A DNA stretch of 64,000 bases, from assembly GCF_020745735.1 (NCBI RefSeq), contig NC_083434.1, positions 26,967,966-27,031,965 of the forward strand, read 5' to 3'. Below are positions 24,804-38,421 of the stretch, in pieces. The position numbers were made by a program, and so were the translations under genes. The notes beneath the pieces are model-generated. The model had not been told where the DNA came from and ran no database searches. It saw only the letters and a program-made list of their open reading frames with translations. The first letter of the stretch is position 1. The number at the start of each line of letters is the position of its first letter. Source of the stretch: Hemiscyllium ocellatum. Lineage: Eukaryota.

Positions 24804-26204
24804 CATAGAGTCATAGAGCACGGAAACAGAGCCTTCAGTCCAACTTATCCATGCTGACCAAAATTCCCAAAGTAAATCTAGTCCCATTTGCCTGTGTCTG
24901 GTCCATATCCCTCTAAATGTTTCCCGTTCATGTACCTGTCCAAACGTCTTTTACATGTTATAACTGTACCTGCATCTACCACTTTCCCTGGCAGTTCATT
25001 CCACATATGAACCACCCTCTGTGTGAAAACAGTTGCCCTTAAAGTGATCAAAGCTTGAAGTTTTACATGGGGCTGCTGGCCAGTTATTAACCGATGGTGT
25101 TTGGAGAAGCTCCTTAACTGCCTGCCTATGTCTGAAACGATTGGAGTTTTGATCTCTGAGGAAAAAGTTTGAGAATGATATGCTTGTAAATTGTGGTGTA
25201 CTTAAGCAATTTTCTCAAAATGTAGTTTGCAGTGATCTCTGATCAACCCATTCAGTCTCCATCCAAAGCCAAAACTCAGCCACAGTCTGACTTCTTGGCC
25301 TGTTGAGCAAGCGCTGTTATATGTGAAATATCACACAAGTTCAACATACATAGATCACAGGTCAAGTTGCAGACTTTCCCCATCATCCTAAATCTGAACA
25401 ATTCCCCGCCCCCCCAACAAAGAAATGCGGTTGCTGGAAATCAGAAACAAAAATGGAAACTGCTGGATTCCTGGGAATGCTGGGATCCTGTTCTAAAGAA
25501 AAATCACTGGACCTAAAACATTGACTTTGTTTTCTCTCCACAGATGCTGCCAGATCTGCTGAGTTTACCCTGCAGTTTCTGTCTTTGATCCTAAATCCCC
25601 ATCCTGTTTGCTCCCCATTTCGCCACCGGCCACCTCCAGAACTGAGCTGCTAAAGGCAAAAATTCAGTTTTGTTTCTACATTGCACACAATTCTGCAGTG
25701 TGACACACCCTTTAGGGGGAGTTGAGGTTCTTCTCTTCATGGTTGGCTACCATTCTGTTTGTTTGGTTTGTTGCTGGTGACATTAAATTAGAAGTTAATG
25801 AGGCAGATTGTAAGCCTGAGGTGGTATCTTTACTGAAAGGCAAACACTTTTATCAGCAAAGATCCTCTTGAACTCTCTGTGCTTTCAAGCATCTGCTTAG
25901 AAAACACCATTCTTCTGCAAAACCCAGGTTGCCTTCTGTGGCTAAAATAGAATAGCTCAAAATCTGATTTCTAGATTTGTTCATATCTACAGAAGAATTG
26001 ACACTTAATGTCCTGCAAATGGAACGGGAAAGGCCAGTTCTCAATACAGAGAGGAATTCCTGGTCCCAAAAGGATCATGGTTAACGTTTCGTCCTACAGT
26101 ATACACATGCCCTGTTTTAAACTATGGCCACTACAAAATACAAGCTGTCTTCAGTTGCTATGATTGATATTATCACTTTTTGGAGGGCGGAACCAAAATT
26201 TTCC

Positions 26205-26294
26205 CAGGAAGAAGGGCTCATGCCCGAAATGTCGATTCTTCTGCTCCTTGGATGCTGTCTGATCTGCTGCGCTTTCCCAGCAACACATTTTCAG
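26205..26294 (+). mobile_element. Penelope-like terminal fragment
   Basis: GAAGAAGGGC-TCAT-GCCCGAAATGTCG followed by the family tail. Confidence 0.7.
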
Positions 26295-29200
26295 TTAGGA
26301 TGTTTCTACTTTCTAGTTTTGAATGATGGGTAAGCAGCTTAACATTTGGACAGAGTGGAGGAATTGATAAAGGAAATGATGATTAATGGTGGGTATCCTA
26401 AATATATATGAACACTGGCAGCATTTCTGGGTGATATCAGCAAGAGGGAACACATTGATGAGAAATAACTTGACTGTACTTTATCATCCTTCATCCTGTA
26501 AACTTAACAACTCTAATGATACAACGTAATCTCATGATTCATTCTTTGATTAATGCAATACTGCACCATGCCTTGATTCTATGCACAACTCTCTAGAGTT
26601 GGATTTAGACCAAAACCTTCTGACTGAGGCTACTACTGGTGAAGGACTAACACTCGCTTAAATTATTCTAAATTTTGCAGCACCATAACAGGCTGCTAAG
26701 CTCAACAACTCTATACCAGTGTCTACACTTGACATGATTCTCCTCCCTCCTGTTTTATCTCAGTCTGTCGACAAAAAACAGCCTGTGAGCATATGAGCAT
26801 TGCTGTTAATTAGGATCGTCGTCTTTACACATCAACCAACAGGAACTAGGGTGAGGAATTATAGGACAAAACTTGCATTGATGTAGCACATTTTATTGTG
26901 GTTAAAGCTTTCAATGCTGGCATGGAAAGGTGAAGAGATGTGTTTGAAGTAAGCTGTTAAAAGGTTGGAAAAAGTGCAGCCAGTGGAAGAAGGTTAGAAA
27001 ACCAACTGTGGGCAAAAGGCTGAAGATTGTAGAGCAGGGTGAGGAGGTGGAATATGAATGAGCATGGATTTGGTGAAAATGTTTGCTTATTTTACAGCAC
27101 TACGTTTGCCTGTAGAATTCCCTGGATGAATTAAACAGAACACAGCAGAAAGTTTTTAGTTTTGGTGGAATTGTATGATAGGCTGTGTTTTTAATGAGGA
27201 CTCCTTGTGTCAGTCAACGGTGGCTGAAGGGATTTGTGTCCCTTGCAAGCTTCGGGTGCTTTCCATGTCTCGATCTTTAAATCACATTACAACTACAGGA
27301 GAAGGTACGTAGATCAATTTCTTTGAAATAATGGTACACCAGCAAACCAGTCCACATAGACAATATCTCTGAAATACACCCCACTGTCTCGTCTGGGTCT
27401 ACTGGATGTGAAACTAAAATCCAACCATGCTGTTGAAAGTTTGATCATTTTAATGAGACAATAGGCCATGACCTTATTCCTTCTTTCATGTGCGGTAAAA
27501 AAATTCCACATCTCTACCTCAAAGAAGAGCCCCGCTTGGTGTCCTTTAACATATTGATCTCTTGACTAACATTACTATAAAAGAGTGAATCCAATCAGTA
27601 TCCCATTGCTGTTTGTGAGACCTTGCTGAAAGCAATTTGCCTGTTGGGTTTCTCTACAATAAAATGGTGACTGCACTTCCAAAAAATATTTTGGCAGTGA
27701 AGGGCTTGACTCCTACAAGGTGCTGCATGAGTATGCATTTTTCTTTCTGAGGCACTGTTAGGTGCAGAGATGATCTATTTGTTCTGTCCTGGCTGACAGA
27801 TCACTTTGAGCTATCACCCTGCACACGGTGACCTATCTCGCCTCTTGGGCTAGCCAAGTATGGTTGTTAAAAATTGTATCCTTGTTTTCATAAACCTTGC
27901 TTAAAAAAAAATCCTTAATCTCTGGCCTTGCCTCTCCCTGTTCCTGCAATCACCATCAGCACTCCTCCATTTGTGCCCCCTTGTTCATTCTTAATTTAAT
28001 TTGTTCCCCTTTGCTGGCTACGTCTTGGCTGTTTATGACCTTAAGCTCTGGAATATTCTCTTTCAAACCCCCCCCATTTCCTATCTCTCTCACCGCTTTA
28101 AGGTGCTCGCTAACTGTCTGTCAGTCTAAATATCTGCTAATATAATTTTGGTCTGGTAATGCTCCCAGTAAGTTGAAGGTGTGACCTAAGTACACCTACT
28201 TGTCTGATAGTTGATGCATACACCTGGAATAATTCACTTTTCTGGCATGCTGTCAGTGAGATTTTATTTTGACACTTGAACATTCATTCTAAACATCCTA
28301 GCATTAACGCGCAGATGTAATAAACTCTGAGCCACACGTATAATAATTAGAATCCATTCAGGGAGAAATATGAAAACAGACAAGGGATGAACTGTGGTTA
28401 TATTCTACCTAAAAGCCTTTTTATATTAATTGACTGCCTGGCAGCAGCCAGTGTGTCAAGTGAGTTAGGCAGCAAGAAACAGTGGAAGGCAATCCCAGAG
28501 CGGAATCATGGCTTTGGTGAAAATTGTACACTTAGCGTCTCAGTAAAACTGAAAATTTTGTTAGGTGCCGAGAGGTTCACTTGGATCTGCTTCACGAGTC
28601 AGAAAGCCGAGACGACCAACCCCACAATGAAAGCTGTCAGCATGTGATTAAGAACTCTGACAATGCGTTTTGCATTCCCTCCTCTCTTCAGGCTGTAGTC
28701 ATTGGGCTGAAACAATTCATTGTTCCTCGCCTGGCTTTGATGAGCTTAAAAGTTTGTTGGAATTCCTAGAGTTTGACAGTTGTTTTAACCTAGCTGTGGT
28801 TGACTTCATTTCACGTGAACCCTTACTCACTTCAGACAGTCTCTGAGGAACTTGTCCATTTACTAAACATTTCCCACATTGACCAGACAGCTGGGGGGAA
28901 AGAAAAGACCTATTTGAACCTTCTGTTTCCAGGACTGAAATTGCTGGTGAAAAGAAAATCAGGCTAGGCCCTGTTAGGTTTGTTGTTTGAAAAAACAAGA
29001 AAACATGTTATCAAAAGGAAGACAGGCTCTTCATGGAGTTCAGAGTTGTTGGATGAAATGTAGAAGCTTGCAAATGCCATAACTTTTCATTCAAGTTTCC
29101 GACCATCCCATATCCTCCTCAATATTTCAGTGACAGCAAATAACTCAAAGTGGAGTTAACTCCTGTGTTGTTTTAGGGAGTTCAACTTGCTGATAACTTC

Positions 29201-29794
29201 TGAATAATTGCTGTCAGGAGTTCTAAACTTGGCACATCCAGGAGCCTGGTTCAGTGAAAAATTTAAACTCATTGGTCAGCTCACTCAAGCTTCAAAGACA
29301 GAAGACTGTGGCTTCGAGTCCAGTTGCAGAGGATGAAATGGAGCAATGAGGGAGTGCTGAGTTGTTTTTGGATGAGAACTTAACCAAGGCCCCATCTGCT
29401 TTCTCGGGTGAATATGAAAATCCCATGGCAATATTGGGAGAAGATCAAGTGAATTCTCCTCATCAGTGTTATTCCATCGCTCATTACCACTAGAACGAGT
29501 TATCTGGTTCTGCTCACCCCACTATTTTTGGATACTTGCTTTGGTAAAATTGGCTGCTGTCATTTCTCAATTCCCATATTTCAAGAGTACTTCATTTGCC
29601 TGTAAACTAATCTGGGACACCCTGGCAATGTGTGCAAACTGAGATGTAATAAAACGGCAGAATTAAATATCTGAGCGCACATAGAATACATATCAGTGCA
29701 CGTCTTAATGACTGGTTAATTGTGAAGTGAGTGAACAATGTGTGAGATGAATTGAATTGTGCATGGGGCTAGTGGTGTAGTTGGTACAATGTGG

Positions 29795-30233
29795 GTATAG
29801 TGCTGGAAAAGCATAGCAGGGTCAGGCAGCTTCAGAGGAGCAGGTGAGTTCCTCAGGAATGTGGGTAAGGAGGCTGAGAGATAGATGGGAGGGGGTAGGG
29901 CAGGGTGGAAGGTTCCTAGGAAGGCGATAGGTAGGTGAAGATGGGGGGGGTTGATGGTGATAGGTTGGAATGATTGTTTTAGCAACCGACCTATCACCAT
30001 CATCCCCACCTTCACCTACCCATTGCCTTCCTAGGAATCTTCCCACCCAGCTCCACCCACTTCCTATTTATCTCTCAGCCCCCTTGGCATGCCTCCCTAC
30101 CACATTCCTGATGAAGGGCTTATGCTTGAAACGTCGCTTCTCTTGCTCCTCGGATGCTGCCTGACCAGCTGTGCTTTTCCAGCACCACACTTTTTGACTC
30201 TGGTCTCCAACACCTGCAGTCCTCATTTTCTTC
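29795..30233. mobile_element. Long fold-back Penelope-like terminal fragment
   Basis: Roughly 190-210 bp degenerate inverted arms centred near 29975. Hammerhead core CTGATGA at 30108. Direct repeat TAGTTGGTA(C/G)AATGTGG at 29778-29794 and 30234-30250. Confidence 0.8.
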
Positions 30234-33200
30234 TAGTTGGTAGAATGTGGCATTTGAAAATGCTTTCATTGACCTTGACAACTCCTGTGAGAGCATTGAA
30301 CTTTTGCAACATTGCATCTAGATCTTTGGTGTTTGAAGCTTGGCATTGAGTGCTTTGACTAACAACTCTCAGTGCCTTCTGACTGTGTGTGAAGACCATC
30401 CTGCAGATACAGAACATCTCTCCTCTACATAGTTAACACTATTTGGACCTTAAAATCGTTGAAATGAGCATGCGGCATTGAGTTCAATGACAGAAGACCT
30501 GCATTGTAATCAATAGATGCAGATTCATTGCACATCGTGATCCTCATGCTCATCCTTGTGATTGACCAAACTTAGTCTGCATTCTATATTGCTGAGCTAG
30601 TGCCAAATGGCCTGGTCAATCATTCCCAGAACAAACTATGCCTGTGTGCCTTTCTAGTCTGTAGCCTAATTAAATCCTGCAAGCTGCATGATATCCCAAT
30701 ACTGGCCATCAGCAGCACTTTAGCAGCATGGAGATAGCTTTAATGATTTTACTCTTACATATATAAACAGAACCCTTATCTAGAGGTTATCTCACAGGCA
30801 AATGTTTCAGTATCTTTGCCCATAACTTTACAAGTTGATTCAGACTTTATATAGAGCTAGATAGAACACAAATATATCAGGTTGCTGTGTTCTGAGCTAG
30901 TGAATTAGCCTCAACTCGACTGCAGGGATTGGGAAATGGTACGATCTCTGGTGCTCATTATCATACCTTAACCTTGACCATTTCTGCTGCAATTTTGGCA
31001 TGGGATGGAAATGGAATTTGACTTCAATGTGATTTTTTTTTTCCCCAGGAAATCCCACTGATTCTGACAGAGCCTGCACTTGAAAAATAGTTATTCAGGT
31101 GAAGAACATGGGGGAGGTGGATGGAGGGGAGATAGGTTACCATGCCAGTGAAAATGCTGAGAATTAAGGCCAACTATTCAATTGAGGAGCAGGTCATGGA
31201 AATTGATGGCAAGTACAGAAAAATGTGTTTACACCATCTCAAGTTTCCTAGAGAAGGTAATTTTATAAATTGACAGAGTGATATGCTGTTTTGTTTTTGT
31301 TCAGTGCTTTTCAACTAAGGCAGTATGAGAAGAGTCTTCTTTCCAGAATTTTTAACTGGTGGTCTTGAAGGGGTCTTCAGTGTGACTTAGATTTCAGCCT
31401 CTCTGTGGAGATGACGCAAGCTTCCTCTTGTTGCTCCGACAATGCACTCTGGACAATTAACAGACAGCAAGTGCGCAGCAAGGTTTAACTTCTTCTGAGC
31501 TAAGAAGTTAAAGGCCCAATATGCCCTTTCAGGTGAACATGAGAAGACTCTGTTGTTTTGTTCAAAGGATACAAGATTTCCATCAATCAACCATACTAAG
31601 CAAAAGACAAAACTTTATCAAAGTGCTTTGTGCTATGCACAGGTTACCTGCCATGATTCCTACGTTACAGCAAAGACCATGCTTTAACAAGTGCTTCAGT
31701 GGTTGTAAAGTCGGGATAGCCTGAAGACACGAAAGACACATGTTTTCTGCCTTTCTATCGTTCCCTGTCGTTCCCCTCTATCAGCCTCTCTACTTCTCTG
31801 ATAACAAACGTCACCTGCTCCTTATTAATGATTGGAAAGGAGCCTTATTTGAACATTTCATCTGAAAAGCAGTCCTTGGCAGAGCAGTATTCCTTACCAT
31901 TGCACTTAGATTAAGTTCATGTCATGAAAAAAGACTTCAGCTGAAAGCTATGACTTAGCCTAATTTGTAATATTCTTCCCTAAGTTGAAATTCAATCTTT
32001 TCTAAACTTATTTTGAATTGTTATATTAGAATTGAGTTTGCTTTCAATTATCCAGCCTTTACAATTACAGCCAAACAATAGTAAAACAATTTTTTTTCCT
32101 TTGTTTTCTCATACCCTTGATTTTATTTGGGTTGAGTTGACTTATTGTTGATCATCATTTTGATATTTACACCATTTTCTGAATTAAATGTGGGCAGGTA
32201 GTTTCAGCTAATTTTAGAGTATGATGAAATTTTATTCTGAAGATACATTGCACTCGTCCTATACTGTCATTATAGAGACAGAGAGAGAGCGAATGAGTGG
32301 TGAGTTTATCCTGAAGGTCACCACACCTTAGGTGAAATCTTCACTGTGAATTCAGCAAGGGGCAGGAACTGAACCGATGCTATTAGTGTCACACTGCATC
32401 ACAAACCAGCCAACCAAGCTAACCAACTCCCTTGTAAGTCATGATTATTATAACTCTGGCAATGGTAAAACAGATGATGCCAGAGTTATAATAATCATCA
32501 TGACTTACAAGTATGTGAAATGAGTATGTGAAGAGAGAGGCCGGAGGCACTAAACTGGAGAGCTGTATTAAATTACCTGCCCTGTGAGATGTAAGGAAAG
32601 GACTTTGGCAGTATGTAAGGAGCTGAAGGCCTTTACATTGTGATAAGGATCGAGCAGTCTCAGGGACCATATATGTGTAGCCCGAGACACTCCAGACTGA
32701 TCTCTGTGTGCAAATGGCAGTATTGGCTTGAAACCTATGAGAAAGGTATCTCTCCTTGTTCCAACCCTTTGTGCAGCGAAGAACACCGAGTAACCATCAT
32801 GACTGGGAATCCTGATTGATGTCCCCTTTTGAACTCAACTATGCATCAGTCTACACTTAAGTGTCAGCCTAGATTATGTGCTCAGGTCACTGGAGTGGGA
32901 ATTAAAGCAACAACCTTCTAACCCAGTGATGATAGTATTACCAGTGAGCAGTGGTTATTAATTGGGAGTCAAATCCTATCTGATTTTCCCGACCTGACAG
33001 AAGAATGTTAGGGTCAATTGCAGCATTCTGCCACATAATCGAGATTGAGTGCTGAGCTCATACCAGAGACTGAATGTGGCATTTTCATTCTACTTTAATA
33101 AATCACCCACTCCAATGAGCCTATCGAGTTTACATAATGCTGCAATCTTTGCACCAAGTGCCTATATGTGTTGGTGTGGTTATGAAAAATCATGCAGACT

Positions 33201-33545
33201 ATTAAGAAGATAATTAGAACATTGGCAAATGTGACTCAGTGGTAGTGTCCCAATCTCTGGGCTAGAAAATATGATTTCAAGTCTCACCATCGATGGAGGG
33301 ATCTTGTAACATGCCTGAGAAGATTGATTGAAAATATGAGTCTAGTGGCGCTGTTGTAGTGTCCCTTCCTCTGGGCCAGAAGATCAATTTTTGTCTACCA
33401 CCTGCTACAGAAGTGTGTCATGACATGTCTGAACAAACTGATTTCAAAATGAACAAGAGAAAAGGGTCTTTGTGGTGCAGTGGTAGTGTGCATACCTCTG
33501 ACCCAGAAGTTCTACGTTCAAGTCAACCACTGTGCCACCGTTTAG

Positions 33546-33849
33546 GGGCAGCACGGTGGCACAGTGGTTAGCACTGCTGCCTCATAGCACCAGGGACCTG
33601 GGTTCAATTCCCGCGTCAGGCGACTGACTGTGTGGAGTTTGCACATTCTCCCCGTGTCTGCGTGGGTTTCCTCCGGGTGCTCCGGTTTCCTCCCACAGTC
33701 CAAAGATGTGCAGGTCAGGTGAATTGGCCATGCTAAATTGCCCATAGTGTTAGGTAAGGGGTGTATGGGTGGGTTGCGCTTCGGCGGGTCGGTGTGGACT
33801 TGTTGGGCCGAAGGGCCTGTTTCCACACTGTAAGTAATCTAATCTAATC
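33546..33849 (+). mobile_element. HE1-like V-SINE
   Basis: Full head, V-domain and tail. Confidence 0.88.
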
Positions 33850-33877
33850 TTAAAAAAAAGTCCTACTGGCTGCAGAT

Positions 33878-35880
33878 CATATGATCATAAGATATAGAGG
33901 CTGAATTAAGCCATTTAGATGGATTGAGTCTGCTCCACCATTCGATCATAGCTGATACATTTCTCAACCCTGTTCTCCTGCCTTCTCCTTGTATCCTTTA
34001 ATTTCCCCTTACAAATCAAGAAACAAGCCCTTCATTCCTGGAAACATTTTTGGGAACCTCCTCTGGACACCCTCCAACTCCTACACATTCGTCCTTAGAC
34101 ACAGGGCATACAGCTGCTCACAACATTCCAAATGTGGTCTGCCCAGAGCTTCAGCAGTATATCCTTCTCTTATATTCCAGCCCTCTTGAAATAAATGTCA
34201 ACATTGCATTTGCCTTCCTAACTACCAACTGATCCTGCATATTAACAACTGAATCCTGAATTAGGATTCGTTAAGTCTGTCAGTGCTTCAGACTTGCAAA
34301 GCATTTCCCCATTTAATAAATAGCCTGTGTCTCTATTCTTTTTAGCAAAGTGCGTAATCTCACACTTTCTCACATTGTATTGCATCTACCTCTCTTTGCT
34401 CATTTCCAAGTCTGACCAAGTCCTTCTGCAGCCTCCCCATTTCTCAGCACTATCTTTGTGCTGTCTGCAAATTTAGCAATAGTACCCTCAACACTGACCC
34501 CTGTAGAACTCCACTAGCCACGGTTTGCCATCCTGAAAAAGACCCATTATCCCCATACTCTGCCTTCTCCAAATCAGCCAGTCCTCTATCCATGCTGGTA
34601 ATTTCTCCTGAGATGAGGCTCTTATCTTATTTTTAGCCTCCTGTGCAACGCCTTGTCAAAGGCCTTCTGGAAATCCAAATACATCATGTCTACAGGTTCT
34701 CCTTCGGCAAACTGGCTCATTACCTCCTCAAAGTATTCCCATGGATTTGTCAGGTATGACCCCACCTTGACAAAGCTGTGCTAACTCATCCTTATTTTAC
34801 CATGCACTTCCAAATACTCCACAATCTCATCCTCAATAAAGGACTGTAAGATCTTAACAATGACCAAGGTCAGGCTAACCGACCTGTAGTTTCCTGTGTT
34901 CCTCCTTCCTCCTTTCTTAAGCAGGGGTATTTCATTAGGCAATCCTCTGGGAACCTTCCTGACTCCAGTGTTTCCTGAAAGATTATCACCAATGCCTCCG
35001 CAATCTTCTTAACTATCTCCTTCAGAATTTTGGAGTGTAGTCCATCCAAGTCTGGTGATTTATCTACCTTCAAACCTTTTAGCTTCCCCAGCAGCTTCTC
35101 CCTAGTGCTGACCATGACACTCACCTCTGCCCCTGACTCGCTGAAGTTCTGTTCTACTACTGATTTCTTCCACTGTGAAGACTGATAGAAAGTCCTTATT
35201 CAGTTTTTCCACCATTTCTTTGCTCACCATGACCATTTCTCCAGCCTCATTTTCCAGCAGTCCAGTGTCCACCTTTTATATCTGAAAACAGTCTTGCACT
35301 CTTCTTTTATATTACTAGCTAGCTTACTCTGCGATTTCATCATCTCCCCTTATTAATTTTTTAGCTGACCTTGCCCGGTTTTTGAAGGCTTCCCACTAAT
35401 CTTTTCCTATGATTTTATGCTGTCCCTGACTTCCCTTGTCATTCATGGTTGCCTTGCCCTCACCTTAATATGTTTGTTCTTTCTTGGGATGAATTTTGTC
35501 TGTGTCTCAGAAATTCTTTCCATTGCTGCTCTGTTATCTTCCTTGCTAGGCTCTTCTTCCAATCAACTCTGGCCAGCTCCTCCCTCATGTCTTTATACCT
35601 AATTGTAATACTGTTACATCTGATTCCAGCTTCACCCTCTCAAACCGCAGACTCAGTTCTATCATACTGTGCTCACTGCTCTCTTGGGATTGCTTCACCT
35701 TACACTTCCTCATCAACTTGGCCTAATTTCACATCACCAAATCCAGAATTGCCAGCTCCCTAATGGTCTCAACCATAAGCAGCTCCGAAGAAATTCTTGT
35801 GGACATTTTATAAATTATTTTTTGTGGCATTCACTAGCAACCTAATTTTTCTAGTCCGTCTGGTACTGAAATCCCCAGAG
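33878..35880 (-). mobile_element. Long CR1 LINE fragment (about 2 kb, RT region)
   Basis: 'LKVDKSPDLDGLHSKILKEI...EALVIIFQETLESG' and 'YLDFQKAFDK' on the minus strand. Confidence 0.85.
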
Positions 35881-36356
35881 ATGTAATAGGTTTAAGCAGG
35901 TTGATGCTCTTTCTAAAAAAAATCACAAAATTGTAAAAGACCAAATTAAGTTAACCACTCTATATCACTTTTAATTCATTGTTTTTTTTCCTACTTCTTG
36001 GCTAATCAGAGTGTTTTACTAAATGATGAACATTAACCCTACTCAGTGCTGAGCTTGGAGAGACAGCAGGAGAAACAATTAGTATTTGCTTTGCACTACA
36101 AGTAGACAAGCAACCCTGGGTGCTATGTAAATCCAAGACACTGAAGGACATTAAAACCAAACTAGAAACATTGGGACTTGGACCTGCTTCAATATAGTAT
36201 ATGGAGAATTCAAAAGGAAGACAGAAAGGTAGAGATGTTTTGGGAAGGAACTCTGGAGTTTAGAACTACACAGTGCAAGCAAAGCTGTGAAAAGCTAACC
36301 CTTTGTCTTGCTGCTTGAGGGGAATAATGCTAATGTTGCCTTTCTTTTCTTTGCAG

Positions 36357-37695
36357 GCCAAATACGCAGGGCTCATCTTCCGTCATGAAGGCTGGCCTCT
36401 CTGTGTCCATGAGAAGGTGGTGGTGCAGTTAGCATCGTTGCACAGGGTTCCTCTCAAGTCTGGAGATTTTTACATCCAGGTTGTACCTCAGGGGAATCAA
36501 TCTGTAAGATTAGTGCTAAAATGTCTTTCCGGAAATGGACACTCCTTAGAAGAAATTCCTGTCCCGGAGTGTGTCTACCCAAACATCTTCACCATGGAGT
36601 TCCTAGAAAGTGTGAACCATGAGAGGAACTGCTCCCTGCATAGTTGTCTTCTAACAAGTGGCACGGCTGTTTTGAGAGTACATTGGAAGAACATAATTAA
36701 CCCTGCATTTGTTACCAAGCCAAAAACCATACTCACCCATTCCTACTACAGTTCAGTTCACCATGACCATTTGATAGATACTAGTGTCACCAGGGAAACA
36801 ATGCCTCAAAAAACAGAAAACAGCAAATCACCAGACCATTACCCAACTGGCGATACAATGCTTTCATCTGAGACACCAACAATTTCGGAAGATAAAACTA
36901 ACAGTGGGACTCCTTTATCAGGGAGCATGCAGTCTTTGAAAAGCAATGTCAAACAGGGTTCTTCCAAAGAGTTTAATGAAGGAGATTGTGTATTGTTTCC
37001 ACAAAACCCTGATGACACCGAAGTATCTCCTTTACCCGATTTAGTTCGACCTCTGTCTGCAGACACCCCAACAGCTAATGAAGAAGTTCTGGTGGTTCCT
37101 GTGACTGAGAGCAGGATCAGTACAAAAGTTCTAACCTTTGCCACAGACTTAAGCAGTCCATGCCAACGGAAGAAGCAACACCGGGATTCAGTGTATATCG
37201 AAACAAGGCGCCTTTTCAGGAAATCATACATGGAAGCTCTGCAGAACCCCATGCAACTGGGCTTCAGTTCTGAGGAGTCTATTGTTGAGGAAGCCATGGA
37301 TCATAAGACTGAAGTGATCACTAATGGAAGGCCAAGATTACGTACGAACAGAGCTGGTGAGAATCAGAACTGTAAGCATGACCAATGTGGCCATCAGTTG
37401 AAAACTAAAGGAGAGAATGAGGAAACTATAAGCAGCCAGCAAAGTCAAGACCGAAACGGGCCTGCGACAATAGCAGAGCGTTGTTCTGTCACTGACAGTA
37501 AAACCTGCCGCAGGAGATCCAAGTCCTTGGATTTGACCTCCAAGAACTTACAGAGCAAAGCACTAAGGACGAGATTCTCCTCCGGGGATTCCTCAAAAAG
37601 TCCTAAGAAAGTAATAAATGGAAACTCAGGGGAGCTAGGGAAACTGGAGCCTGATGGGTGTTTGGCCAATACTGGGAGTGGGTCGGCCTCTCCAG
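36357..37695 (+). CDS. PLEKHG4B: PLEKHG4B-like large exon (AKYAGLIFRHEGWPLCVHEKVVVQLASL... plus Ser/Thr-rich linker)
   Basis: CTAAT branch-like motif at 36330 and TTTCTTTTCTTTGCAG acceptor. Lies inside the 501-aa ORF 36303-37808 and continues the previous exon in phase 0. 'GWPLCxHEKVVVQLA...GDFYxQV...RLVLKCL' is the family motif. Donor CAG|GTAAGC at 37696, phase 1. Confidence 0.88.
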
Positions 37696-38324
37696 GTAAG
37701 CACCGAATTTCAAATCGGCTGTCTGATTTTGACAATTTAGGTAACCATCAAATCTTAAAATGTCGTCATAAAGGCAGTACACCCGTCAATGATAGTGGAA
37801 CCTGTTAGAGCAATCGCTGCTCTGGAGAACTTGGAGATGATTTGTGCATTGAATTTTGACTCAGTAATTCATGGATGTGTAGAGTGCTTCTCCCTTCATA
37901 GCTATCCAATAATTGTGCAAATCTTTCTTTTATATAATTCCATTGTCTATTGAATGAACGAAAGCTCCTCTGAACTGTTGTTCATACTGCAGAATTAAAT
38001 GATTCTCAGTGTCAGCGTCATATTTGGGGAGGAAGTTGGGGGGGTTGTGAAACCAGGCAGATGTAAAATTGGTTTCGTCAGGCTGGTTTTTCCCAGTTGC
38101 ATCACAGTCCCAATGTCACCCTCATGTCAGGGGCTGGATCTCAGATCTTGTTGTGGTGGAATGAGAGACACGACCTTCCTGGGAAAAACTTCCAATTCAG
38201 AAGTTGGTTTTAGAGAGCTGAGTCCTAATAAGGGGACAGTATGTGGACTAGGGAAAGACCTAACAGGGGCTCTGAGATGTGGGTATAGCTGAGACAGGTG
38301 GGAGAGTGGAAGAGTCAATCAAGT

Positions 38325-38421
38325 TCGAGTGGATAAAGTGTGGCACTAGAGAAAGCACAGCAGGTTAGGCAGAATCTGAGGTGCAAGAGAGTCGACGTTT
38401 TAGGCTTAACTCTTCTACAGG
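38325..38421 (-). mobile_element. Penelope-like terminal fragment (degenerate)
   Basis: GTGTGGCACTAGAGAAAGCACAGCAGGTTAGGCAG...GTCGACGTTT matches the family tail. Confidence 0.6.

Noticed and set aside
36839-37735. Antisense ORFs of 152 aa and 96 aa
   Set aside because: Shadows of the real + strand exon, with no independent coding signal.
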